DNA of 64,000 bases from Eledone cirrhosa. Lineage: Eukaryota. Positions 36,861 through 47,700 of the stretch are shown one piece after another; the first letter of the stretch is position 1; the number at the start of each line of letters is the position of its first letter. A model generated the notes under the pieces. That model saw nothing but the letters and a program-made list of their open reading frames with translations, ran no database searches and was not told the DNA's origin. The translations under genes were made by a program, and so were the position numbers. The stretch spans positions 133,486,001-133,550,000 of the forward strand of contig OZ024744.1 in the NCBI GenBank assembly GCA_964016885.1. The letters run 5' to 3'.

Positions 36861-39800
36861 TGGGTTTATATTAAGTTGGGGTTAAGTTAAGTTGGGGTTA
36901 ATTAAGTTGGGGTTCAGTTAAGTTGCGGTTAATTTAAGTTGGGGTTAAGTTAAGTTGGGGTTAAGTTAAGTTGGGGTTAAGTTAAGTTGGGGTTAAGTTA
37001 AGTTGGTGTTAAGTTAAGTTGGGGCTAAGTTAAGTTGGGGCTGAGTTAAGTTGGGGCTGAGTTAAGTTGGGGTTAAGTTAAGTTGGGGTTAAGTTAAGTT
37101 GGGGTTAAGTTAAGTTGGGGTTAAGTTAAGTTGGGGTTTAGTTAAGTTGGGGTTCAGTTAAGTTGGGGTTAAGTTAAGTTTGGGTTAAGTTGGGGTTAAA
37201 TTAATTTGGGGTTAAGTTAAGTTGGGGTTTAGTTAAGTTGGGGTTAAGTTAAGTTGGGGTTAATTTAAGTTGGGGTTAAGTTAAGTTGCGGGTGATTTAA
37301 GTTGGGGTTAAGTTAAGTTGGGGTTAAGTTAAGTTGGGGTTAAGTTAAGTTGGGGTTAAGTAAAGTTGGGGTTAAGTTAAGTTGGGGGAAAGTTAAGTTG
37401 GGGGTAAGTTAAGTTGGGGGTAAGTTAAGTTAGGGTTAAGTTAAGTTGGGGTTAAGTTAAGTTAGGGTTAAGTTAAGTTGGGGTTGAGTTAAGTTGGGGT
37501 TAAGTTAAGTTGGGGTTATGTTAAGTTGGGGTTAAGTTAAGTTGCGGTTAAGTTAAGTTGGGGTTAAGTTAAGTTGGGGTTAAGTTAAATTGGGGTTAAG
37601 TTAAGTTGGGGTTAAGTTAAGTTGGGGTTAAGTTAAGTTGGGGTTAAGTTAGATTGTGGTTAAGTTAAGTTGGGGTTAAGTTAAGTTGGGGTTAAGTTAA
37701 GTTGGGGTTAAGTTAAGGCGGGGTTAAGTTGAGTTGGGGTTAAGTTAAGTTGGGGTTAAGTTAACTTAGGGTTAAGTTGGGGTTGAGTTAAGTTGGGGTT
37801 AAGTTAAGTTGGGGTTATGTTAAGGTGGGGTTAAGTTAAGTTGCGGTTAAGTTAAGTTGGGGTTAAGTTAAGTTGGGGTTAAGTTAAATTGGGGTTAAGT
37901 TAAGTTGGGGTTAAGTTAAGTTGGGGTTAAGTTAAGTTGGGGTTAAGTTAGATTGTGGTTAAGTTAAGTTGGGGTTAAGTTAAGTTGGGGTTAAGTTAAG
38001 TTGGGGTTAAGTTAAGGCGGGGTTAAGTTGAGTTGGGGTTAAGTTAAGTTGGGGTTAAGTTAAGTTGGGGTTAACTTAAGTTGGGGGTACTTAAGTTGGG
38101 TTTAAGTTAAGTGGGGTTAAGTTAAGTTGGGGTTAAGTTAAGTTGGGGTTAAGTTAAGTTGGGGTTAAGTTAGGTTGTGGTTAAGTTAAGTTGGGGGTAA
38201 GTTAAGTTGGGGTTAATTTAAGTTGGGTCTAATTAAGTTGGGGTTAAGTTAAGTTGGGGTTAAGTTAAGTTGGGGTTGAGTTAATTTGGGGTTAACTTAA
38301 GTTGGGGGTACTTAAGTTGGGTTTAAGTTAAGTGGGGTTAAATTAAGTTGGGGTTAAGTTAAGTTGGGGTTAAGTTAAGTTGGAGGTAAGTTAAGTTGGG
38401 GGTAAGTTAAGTTGGGGTTATTTTAAGTTGGGTCAAATTAAGTTGGGGTTAATTTAAGTTGGGGTTAAGTTAAGTTGGGGTTAAATTAAGTTGGGGTTAA
38501 GTTAAGTTGGGGTTAAATTAAGTTGGGGTTAAGTTAAGTTGGGGTTAAATTAAGTTGGGGTTAAATTAAGTTGGGGTTAAGTTAAGTTGGGGGTAGGTTA
38601 AGTTGGGGGCAAGTTAAGTTGGGGTTAAATTAAGTTGGGGTTAAATTAAGTTGGGGTTAAGTTAAGTTGGGGTTAAGTTAAGTGGTGGTTATGTTAAGTT
38701 GGGGTTAAGTTAAGTTGGGGTTGAGTTAAGTTGGGGTTGAGTGAAGTTGGGGTTAAGTTAAGTTGGGGTTAATTTATGTTGGGGTTAAGTTAAGTCGGGG
38801 TTAAGTTAAGTTGGGGTTGAGTTAAGTTGGGGTTAATTTAAGTTGGGGCTAAGTTAATTTGTGGTTAAGTTAAGTTGGGGTTAAGTTAAGTTGGGGTTAA
38901 GTTAAGTTGGGGTTGAGTTAAGTTGGGGTTGAGATAATTTAGGGTTAAGTTAAGTTGGGGTTAAGTTAAGTTGGGTTTAAGTTAAGTTGGGGTTAAATTA
39001 AGTTGGGGTTAAGTTAAGTTGGAGGTAAGTTAAGTTGGGGGCAAGTTAAGTTGGGGTTAAGTTAAGTTGGGGTTGAATTAAGTTGGGGTTAAGTTAAGTT
39101 GGTGTTAACTTAAGTTGGGGTTTATTTAAGTTGGGGTTAATTAAGTTGGGTTTATATTAAGTTGGGGTTAAGTTAAGTTGGGGTTAATTAAGTTGGGGTT
39201 CAGTTAAGTTGCGGTTAATTTAAGTTGGGGTTAAGTTAAGTTGGGGTTAAGTTAAGTTGGGGTTAAGTTAAGTTGGGGTTAAGTTAAGTTGGTGTTAAGT
39301 TAAGTTGGGGCTAAGTTAAGTTGGGGCTGAGTTAAGTTGGGGCTGAGTTAAGTTGGGGTTAAGTTAAGTTGGGGTTAAGTTAAGTTGGGGTTAAGTTAAG
39401 TTGGGGTTAAGTTAAGTTGGGGTTTAGTTAAGTTGGGGTTCAGTTAAGTTGGGGTTAAGTTAAGTTTGGGTTAAGTTGGGGTTAAATTAATTTGGGGTTA
39501 AGTTAAGTTGGGGTTTAGTTAAGTTGGGGTTAAGTTAAGTTGGGGTTAATTTAAGTTGGGGTTAAGTTAAGTTGCGGGTGATTTAAGTTGGGGTTAAGTT
39601 AAGTTGGGGTTAAGTTAAGTTGGGGTTAAGTTAAGTTGGGGTTAAGTAAAGTTGGGGTTAAGTTAAGTTGGGGGAAAGTTAAGTTGGGGGTAAGTTAAGT
39701 TGGGGGTAAGTTAAGTTAGGGTTAAGTTAAGTTGGGGTTAAGTTAAGTTAGGGTTAAGTTAAGTTGGGGTTGAGTTAAGTTGGGGTTAAGTTAAGTTGGG

Positions 39801-40040
39801 GTTATGTTAAGTTGGGGTTAAGTTAAGTTGCGGTTAAGTTAAGTTGGGGTTAAGTTAAGTTGGGGTTAAGTTAAATTGGGGTTAAGTTAAGTTGGGGTTA
39901 AGTTAAGTTGGGGTTAAGTTAAGTTGGGGTTAAGTTAGATTGTGGTTAAGTTAAGTTGGGGTTAAGTTAAGTTGGGGTTAAGTTAAGTTGGGGTTAAGTT
40001 AAGGCGGGGTTAAGTTGAGTTGGGGTTAAGTTAAGTTGGG
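35465..40040 (+). repeat. Tandem duplication of a 2286-bp block
   Basis: Offset 2286 for AACTTAGGG (35479/37765) and GAGATAATTT (36648/38934). Both copies share the deletion junction TTAATTAAGTTGGGTTTATATT (~36851/~39137). Confidence 0.9.
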
Positions 40041-40289
40041 GTTAAGTTAAGTTGGGGTTAACTTAAGTTGGGGGTACTTAAGTTGGGTTTAAGTTAAGTG
40101 GGGTTAAGTTAAGTTGGGGTTAAGTTAAGTTGGGGTTAAGTTAAGTTGGGGTTAAGTTAGGTTGTGGTTAAGTTAAGTTGGGGGTAAGTTAAGTTGGGGG
40201 TAAGTTAAGTTGGGGTTAATTTAAGTTGGGTCTAATTAAGTTGGGGTTAAATTAAGTTGGGGTTAAGTTAAGTTGAGGTTAAATTAAGT

Positions 40290-43200
40290 TGGGGTTAAGT
40301 TAAGTTGGGGTTAAGTTAAGTTGGGGTTAAGTTAAGTTGGGGTTAAATTAAGTTGGAGTTAAGTTAAGTTGGGGTTAAGTTAAGTTGGGGGTAAGTTAAG
40401 TTGGGGGCAAGTTAAGTTGGGGTTAAGTTAAGTTGGGGTTAAATTAAGTTGGGGTTAAGTTAAGTTGGGGTTAAGTTAAGTGGTGGATATGTTAAGTTGG
40501 GGTTAAGTTAAGTTGGGGTTGAGTTAAGTTGGGGTTGAGTGAAGTTGGGGTTAAGTTAAGTTGGGGTTAATTTATGTTGGGGTTAAGTTAAGTCGGGGTT
40601 AAGTTAAGTTGGGGTTGAGTTAAGTTGGGGTTAATTTAAGTTGGGGCTAAGTTAATTTGTGGTTAAGTTAAGTTGGGGTTAAGTTAAGTTGGGGTTAAGT
40701 TAAGTTGGGGTTGAGTTAAGTTGGGGTTGAGTTAATTTAGGGTTAAGTTAAGTTGGGGTTAAGTTAAGTTGGGTTTAAGTTAAGTTGGGGTTAAATTAAG
40801 TTGGGGTTAAGTTAAGTTGGAGGTAAGTTAAGTTGGGGGCAAGTTAAGTTGGGGTTAAGTTAAGTTGGGGTTGAATTAAGTTGGGGTTAAGTTAAGTTGG
40901 TGTTAACTTAAGTTGGGGTTTATTTAAGTTGGGGTTAATTAAGTTGGGGTTAAGTTAAGTTGGGGTTAAGTTAAGTTGGGGTTAATTTAAGTTGGGGTTT
41001 AGTTAAGTTGGGGTTAAGTTAAGTTGGGTTTATATTAAGTTGGGGTTAAGTTAAGTTGGGGTTAAGTTAAGTTGGGGTTCGGTTAAGTTGCGGTTAATTT
41101 AAGTTGGGGTTAAGTTAAGTTGGGGTTAAGTTAAGTTGGGGTTAAGTTAAGTTGGGGTTAAGTTAAGTTGGTGTTAAGTTAAGTTGGGGCTAAGTTAAGT
41201 TGGGGCTGAGTTAAGTTGGGGCTGAGTTAAGTTGGGGTTAAGTTAAGTTGGGGTTAAGTTAAGTTGGGGTTAAGTTAAGTTGGGGTTAAGTTAAGTTGGG
41301 GTTTAGTTAAGTTGGGGTTCAGTTAAGTTGGGGTTAAGTTAAGTTTGGGTTAAGTTGGGGTTAAATTAATTTGGGGTTAAGTTAAGTTGGGGTTTAGTTA
41401 AGTTGGGGTTAAGTTAAGTTGGGGTCAATTTAAGTTGGGGTTAAGTTAAGTTGCGGGTGATTTAAGTTGGGGTTAAGTTAAGTTGGGGTTAAGTTAAGTT
41501 GGGGTTAAGTTAAGTTGGGGTTAAGTAAAGTTGGGGTTAAGTTAAGTTGGGGGAAAGTTAAGTTGGGGGTAAGTTAAGTTGGGGGTAAGTTAAGTTGGGG
41601 TTAAGTTAAGTTGGGGTTAAGTTAAGTTAGGGTTAAGTTAAGTTGGGGTTGAGTTAAGTTGGGGTTAAGTTAATCTGGGGTTATGTTAAGTTGGGGTTAA
41701 GTTAAGTTGCGGTTAAGTTAAGTTGGGGTTAAGTTAAGTTGGGGTTAAGTTAAATTGGGGTTAAGTTAAGTTGGGGTTAAGTTAAGTTGGGGTTAAGTTA
41801 AGTTGGGGTTAAGTTAGATTGTGGTTAAGTTAAGTTGGGGTTAAGTTAAGTTGGGGTTAAGTTAAGTTGGGGTTAAGTTAAGGCGGGGTTAAGTTGAGTT
41901 GGGGTTAAGTTAAGTTGGGGTTAAGTTAAGTTGGGGTTAACTTAAGTTGGGGGTACTTAAGTTGGGTTTAAGTTAAGTGGGGTTAAGTTAAGTTGGGGTT
42001 AAGTTAAGTTGGGGTTAAGTTAAGTTGGGGTTAAGTTAGGTTGTGGTTAAGTTAAGTTGGGGGTAAGTTAAGTTGGGGGTAAGTTAAGTTGGGGTTAATT
42101 TAAGTTGGGTCTAATTAAGTTGGGGTTAAGTTAAGTTGGGGTTAAGTTAAGTTGGGGTTGAGTTAATTTGGGGTTAACTTAAGTTGGGGGTACTTAAGTT
42201 GGGTTTAAGTTAAGTGGGGTTAAGTTAAGTTGGGGTTAAGTTAAGTTGGGGTTAAGTTAAGTTGGGGGTAAGTTAAGTTGGGGGTAAGTTAAGTTGGGGT
42301 TAATTTAAGTTGGGTCAAATTAAGTTGGGGTTAAATTAAGTTGGGGTTAAGTTAAGTTGGGGTTAAATTAAGTTGGGGTTAAGTTAAGTTGGGGTTAAGT
42401 TAAGTTGGGGTTAAGTTAAGTTGGGGGTAAGTTAAGTTGGTGGTAAGTTAAGTTGGGGGTAAGTTAAGATGGGGTTAATTTAAGTTGGGTTTAAGTTAAG
42501 TTAGGGTTAAGTTAAGTTGGGGTTGAGTTAAGTTGGGGTTAAGTTAAGTTGGGGTTATGTTAAGTTGGGGTTAAGTTAAGTTGCGGTTAAGTTAAGTTGG
42601 GGTTAAGTTAAGTTGGGGTTAAGTTAAGTTGGGGTTAAGTTAGATTGTGGTTAAGTTAAGTTGGGGTTAAGTTAAGTTGGGGTTAAGTTAAGTTGGGGTT
42701 AAGTTAAGGCGGGGTTAAGTTGAGTTGGGGTTAAGTTAAGTTGGGGTTAAGTTAAGTTGGGGTTAACTTAAGTTGGGGGTACTTAAGTTGGGGTTTAAGT
42801 TAAGTGGGGTTAAGTTAAGTTGGGGTTAAGTTAAGTTGGGGTTAAGTTAAGTTGGGGTTAAGTTAAGTTGGGGTTAAATTAAGTTGGAGTTAAGTTAAGT
42901 TGGGGTTAAGTTAAGTTGGGGGTAAGTTAAGTTTGGGGCAAGTTAAGTTGGGGTTAAGTTAAGTTGGGGTTAAATTAAGTTGGGGTTAAGTTAAGTTGGG
43001 GTTAAGTTAAGTGGTGGTTATGTTAAGTTGGGGTTAAGTTAAGTTGGGGTTGAGTTAAGTTGGGGTTGAGTGAAGTTGGGGTTAAGTTAAGTTGGGGTTA
43101 ATTTATGTTGGGGTTAAGTTAAGTCGGGGTTAAGTTAAGTTGGGGTTGAGTTAAGTTGGGGTTAATTTAAGTTGGGGCTAAGTTAATTTGTGTTTAAGTT

Positions 43201-44700
43201 AAGTTGGGGTTAAGTTAAGTTGGGGTTAAGTTAAGTTGGGGTTGAGTTAAGTTGGGGTTGAGTTAATTTAGGGTTAAGTTAAGTTGGGGTTAAGTTAAGT
43301 TGGGTTTAAGTTAAGTTGGGGTTAAATTAAGTTGGGGTTAAGTTAAGTTGGAGGTAAGTTAATTTGGGGGCAAGTTAAGTTGGGGTTAAGTTAAGTTGGG
43401 GTTGAATTAAGTTGGGGTTAAGTTAAGTTGGTGTTAACTTAAGTTGGGGTTTATTTAAGTTGGGGTTAATTAAGTTGGGGTTAAGTTAAGTTGGGGTTAA
43501 GTTAAGTTGGGGTTAATTTAAGTTGGGGTTTAGTTAAGTTGGGGTTAAGTTAAGTTGGGTTTATATTAAGTTGGGGTTAAGTTAAGTTGGGGTTAAGTTA
43601 AGTTGGGGTTCGGTTAAGTTGCGGTTAATTTAAGTTGGGGTTAAGTTAAGTTGGGGTTAAGTTAAGTTGGTGTTAAGTTAAGTTGGGGCTAAGTTAAGTT
43701 GGGGCTGAGTTAAGTTGGGGCTGAGTTAAGTTGGGGTTAAGTTAAGTTGGGGTTAAGTTAAGTTGGGGTTAAGTTAAGTTGGGGTTAAGTTAAGTTGGGG
43801 TTTAGTTAAGTTGGGGTTCAGTTAAGTTGGGGTTAAGTTAAGTTTGGGTTAAGTTGGGGTTAAATTAATTTGGGGTTAAGTTAAGTTGGGGTTTAGTTAA
43901 GTTGGGGTTAAGTTAAGTTGGGGTTAATTTAAGTTGGGGTTAAGTTAAGTTGCGGGTGATTTAAGTTGGGGTTAAGTTAAGTTGGGGTTAAGTTAAGTTG
44001 GGGTTAAGTTAAGTTGGGGTTAAGTAAAGTTGGGGTTAAGTTAAGTTGGGGGAAAGTTAAGTTGGGGGTAAGTTAAGTTGGGGGTAAGTTAAGTTGGGGT
44101 TAAGTTAAGTTGGGGTTAAGTTAAGTTAGGGTTAAGTTAAGTTGGGGTTGAGTTAAGTTGGGGTTAAGTTAAGTTGGGGTTATGTTAAGTTGGGGTTAAG
44201 TTAAGTTGCGGTTAAGTTAAGTTGGGGTTAAGTTAAGTTGGGGTTAAGTTAAATTGGGGTTAAGTTAAGTTGGGGTTAAGTTAAGTTGGGGTTAAGTTAA
44301 GTTGGGGTTAAGTTAGATTGTGGTTAAGTTAAGTTGGGGTTAAGTTAAGTTGGGGTTAAGTTAAGTTGGGGTTAAGTTAAGGCGGGGTTAAGTTGAGTTG
44401 GGGTTAAGTTAAGTTGGGGTTGAGTTAAGTTGGGGTTAACTTAAGTTGGGGGTACTTAAGTTGGGTTTAAGTTAAGTGGGGTTAAGTTAAGTTGGGGTTA
44501 AGTTAAGTTGGGGTTAAGTTAAGTTGGGGTTAAGTTAGGTTGTGGTTAAGTTAAGTTGGGGGTAAGTTAAGTTGGGGGTAAGTTAAGTTGGGGTTAATTT
44601 AAGTTGGGTCTAATTAAGTTGGGGTTAAGTTAAGTTGGGGTTAAGTTAAGTTGGGGTTGAGTTAATTTGGGGTTAACTTAAGTTGGGGGTACTTAAGTTG
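40290..44700 (+). repeat. Duplication at offset 2531 (2499 after a 2-monomer deletion): ~40290-42200 and ~42820-44700
   Basis: TTGGAGTT (A 40357/42888) and the private variant TTCGGTTAAGTTGCGG (C 41080/43611) are offset by 2531. GGTGTTAAG (T 41172/43671) is offset by 2499. Confidence 0.85.
40400..42480 (+). repeat. Representative copy of the cryptic higher-order repeat (ordered series of variant monomers, about 2-3 kb per cycle)
   Basis: Variant order: GGGGGCAAG > GTGGTGG(T/A)TATG > GAGTGAAG > TTTATG > GTCGGGG > GGGGCT..TTTGTGG > AATTTAGGG > GGTGTTAAC > GGGTTTATATT > GGGGCT x3 > GCGGGTGATTT > GGGGGAAAG > AGATTGTGG > AAGGCGGGG > GGGGGTACTT > TTAGGTTGTGG > GGGTCTAATT > GGGTCAAATT > AAGATGGGG. 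The same order recurs, with local deletions, across the window. Confidence 0.85.
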
Positions 44701-47700
44701 GGGTTTAAGTTAAGTGGGGTTAAGTTAAGTTGGGGTTAAGTTAAGTTGGGGTTAAGTTAAGTTGGGGTTAAGTTAGGTTGTGGTTAAGTTAAGTTGGGGG
44801 TAAGTTAAGTTGGGGGTAAGTTAAGTTGGGGTTAATTTAAGTTGGGTCTAATTAAGTTGGGGTTAAATTAAGTTGGGGTTAAGTTAAGTTGAGGTTAAAT
44901 TAAGTTGGGGTTAAGTTAAGTTGGGGTTAAGTTAAGTTGGGGTTAAGTTAAGTTGGGGTTAAATTAAGTTGGGGTTAAATTAAGTTGGGGTTAAGTTAAG
45001 TTGGGGGTAAGTTAAGTTGGGGGCAAGTTAAGTTGGGGTTAAGTTAAGTTGGGGTTAAATTAAGTTGGGGTTAAGTTAAGTTGGGGTTATGTTAAGTTGG
45101 GGTTAAGTTAAGTTGCGGTTAAGTTAAGTTGGGGTTAAGTTAAGTTGGGGTTAAGTTAAATTGGGGTTAAGTTAAGTTGGGGTTAAGTTAAGTTGGGGTT
45201 AAGTTAAGTTGGGGTTAAGTTAGATTGTGGTTAAGTTAAGTTGGGGTTAAGTTAAGTTGGGGTTAAGTTAAGTTGGGGTTAAGTTAAGGCGGGGTTAAGT
45301 TGAGTTGGGGTTAAGTTAAGTTGGGGTTAAGTTAAGTTGGGGTTAACTTAAGTTGGGGGTACTTAAGTTGGGTTTAAGTTAAGTGGGGTTAAGTTAAGTT
45401 GGGGTTAAGTTAAGTTGGGGTTAAGTTAAGTTGGGGGTAAGTTAAGTTGGGGGTAAGTTAAGTTGGGGTTAATTTAAGTTGGGTCTAATTAAGTTGGGGT
45501 TAAATTAAGTTGGGGTTAAGTTAAGTTGAGGTTAAATTAAGTTGGGGTTAAGTTAAGTTGGGGTTAAGTTAAGTTGGGGTTAAGTTAAGTTGGGGTTAAA
45601 TTAAGTTGGGGTTAAATTAAGTTGGGGTTAAGTTAAGTTGGGGGTAAGTTAAGTTGGGGGCAAGTTAAGTTAGGGTTAAGTTAAGTTGGGGTTAATTTAT
45701 GTTGGGGTTAATTAAGTTGGGGTTAAGTTAAGTTGGGGTTAAGTTAAGTTGGGGTTAATTTAAGTTGGGGTTTAGTTAAGTTGGGGTTAAGTTGGGTTTA
45801 TATTAAGTTGGGGTTAAGTTAAGTTGGGGTTAAGTTAAGTTGGGGTTCAGTTAAGTTGCGGTTAATTTAAGTTGGGGTTAAGTTAAGTTGGGGTTAAGTT
45901 AAGTTGGGGTTAAGTTAAGTTGGTGTTAAGTTAAGTTGGGGCTAAGTTAAGTTGGGGCTGAGTTAAGTTGGGGCTGAGTTAAGTTGGGGTTAAGTTAAGT
46001 TGGGGTTAAGTTAAGTTGGGGTTAAGTTAAGTTGGGGTTAAGTTAAGTTGGGGTTTAGTTAAGTTGGGGTTCAGTTAATTTGGGGTTAAGTTAAGTTTGG
46101 GTTAAGTTGGGGTTAAATTAATTTGGGGTTAAGTTAAGTTGGGGTTTAGTTAAGTTGGGGTTAAGTTAAGTTGGGGTTAATTTAACTTGGGGTTAAGTTA
46201 AGTTGCGGGTGATTTAAGTTGGGGTTAAGTTAAGTTGGGGTTAAGTTAAGTTGGGGTTAAGTTAAGTTGGGTTTAAGTAAAGTTGGGGTTAAGTTAAGTT
46301 GGGGGAAAGTTAAGTTGGGGGTAAGTTAAGTTGGGGGTAAGTTAAGTTGGGGTTAAGTTAAGTTGGGGTTAAGTTAAGTTAGGGTTAAGTTAAGTTGGGG
46401 TTGAGTTAAGTTGGGGTTAAGTTAAGTTGGGGTTATGTTAAGTTGGGGTTAAGTTAAGTTGCGGTTAAGTTAAGTTGGGGTTAAGTTAAGTTGGGGTTAA
46501 GTTAAATTGGGGTTAAGTTAAGTTGGGGTTAAGTTAAGTTGGGGTTAAGTTAAGTTGGGGTTAAGTTAGATTGTGGTTAAGTTAAGTTGGGGTTAAGTTA
46601 AGTTGGGGTTAAGTTAAGTTGGGGTTAAATTAAGGCGGGGTTAAGTTGAGTTGGGGTTAAGTTAAGTTGGGGTTAAGTTAAGTTGGGGTTAACTTAAGTT
46701 GGGGGTACTTAAGTTGGGTTTAAGTTAAGTTGGGGTTAAGTTAGATTGTGGTTAAGTTAAGTTGGGGTTAAGTTAAGTTGGGGTTAAGTTAAGTTGGGGT
46801 TAAGTTAAGTTGGGGTTAAGTTAGGTTGTGGTTAAGTTAAGTTGGGGGTAAGTTAAGTTGGGGGTAAGTTAAGTTGGGGTTAATTTAAGTTGGGTCTAAT
46901 TAAGTTGGGGTTAAGTTAAGTTGGGGTTAAGTTAAGTTGGGGTTGACTTAATTTGGGGTTAACTTAAGTTGGGGGTACTTAAGTTGGGTTTAACTTAAGT
47001 GGGGTTAAGTTAAGTTGGGTTAAGTTAAGTTGGGGTTAAGTTAAGTTGGGGGTAAGTTAAGTTGGGGGTAAGTTAAGTTGGGGTTAAATTAAGTTGGGGT
47101 TAAGTTAAGTTGGGGTTAAGTTAAGTTGGGGTTAAGTTAAGTTGGGGGTAAGTTAAGTTGGTGGTAAGTTAAGTTGGGGGTAAGTTAAGATGGGGTTAAG
47201 TTAAGTTGGGGTTAAGTTAATATGGGGTTAAGTTAGGGTTAAGTTAAGTTGGGTTGAGTTAAGTTGGGGTTAAATTAAGTTGGGGTTAAGTTAAGTTGGG
47301 GTTAAGTTAAGTTGGGGTTAAGTTAAGTTGGGGTTAAGTTAGGTTGTGGTTAAGTTAAGTTGGGGGTAAGTTAAGTTGGGGGTAAGTTAAGTTGGGGTTA
47401 ATTTAAGTTGGGTCTAATTAAGTTGGGGTTAAATTAAGTTGGGGTTAAGTTAAGTTGGGGTTAAATTAAGTTGGGGTTAAGTTAAGTTGAGGTTAAATTA
47501 AGTTGGGGTTAAGTTAAGTTGGGGTTAAGTTAAGTTGGGGTTAAGTTAAGTTGGGGTTAAATTAAGTTGGGGTTAAATTAAGTGTGGGGTTAAGTTAAGT
47601 TGGGGGTAAGTTAAGTTGGGGGCAAGTTAAGTTGGGGTTAAGTTAAGTTGGGGTTAAATTAAGTTGGGGTTAAGTTAAGTTGGGGTTAAGTTAAGTGGTG

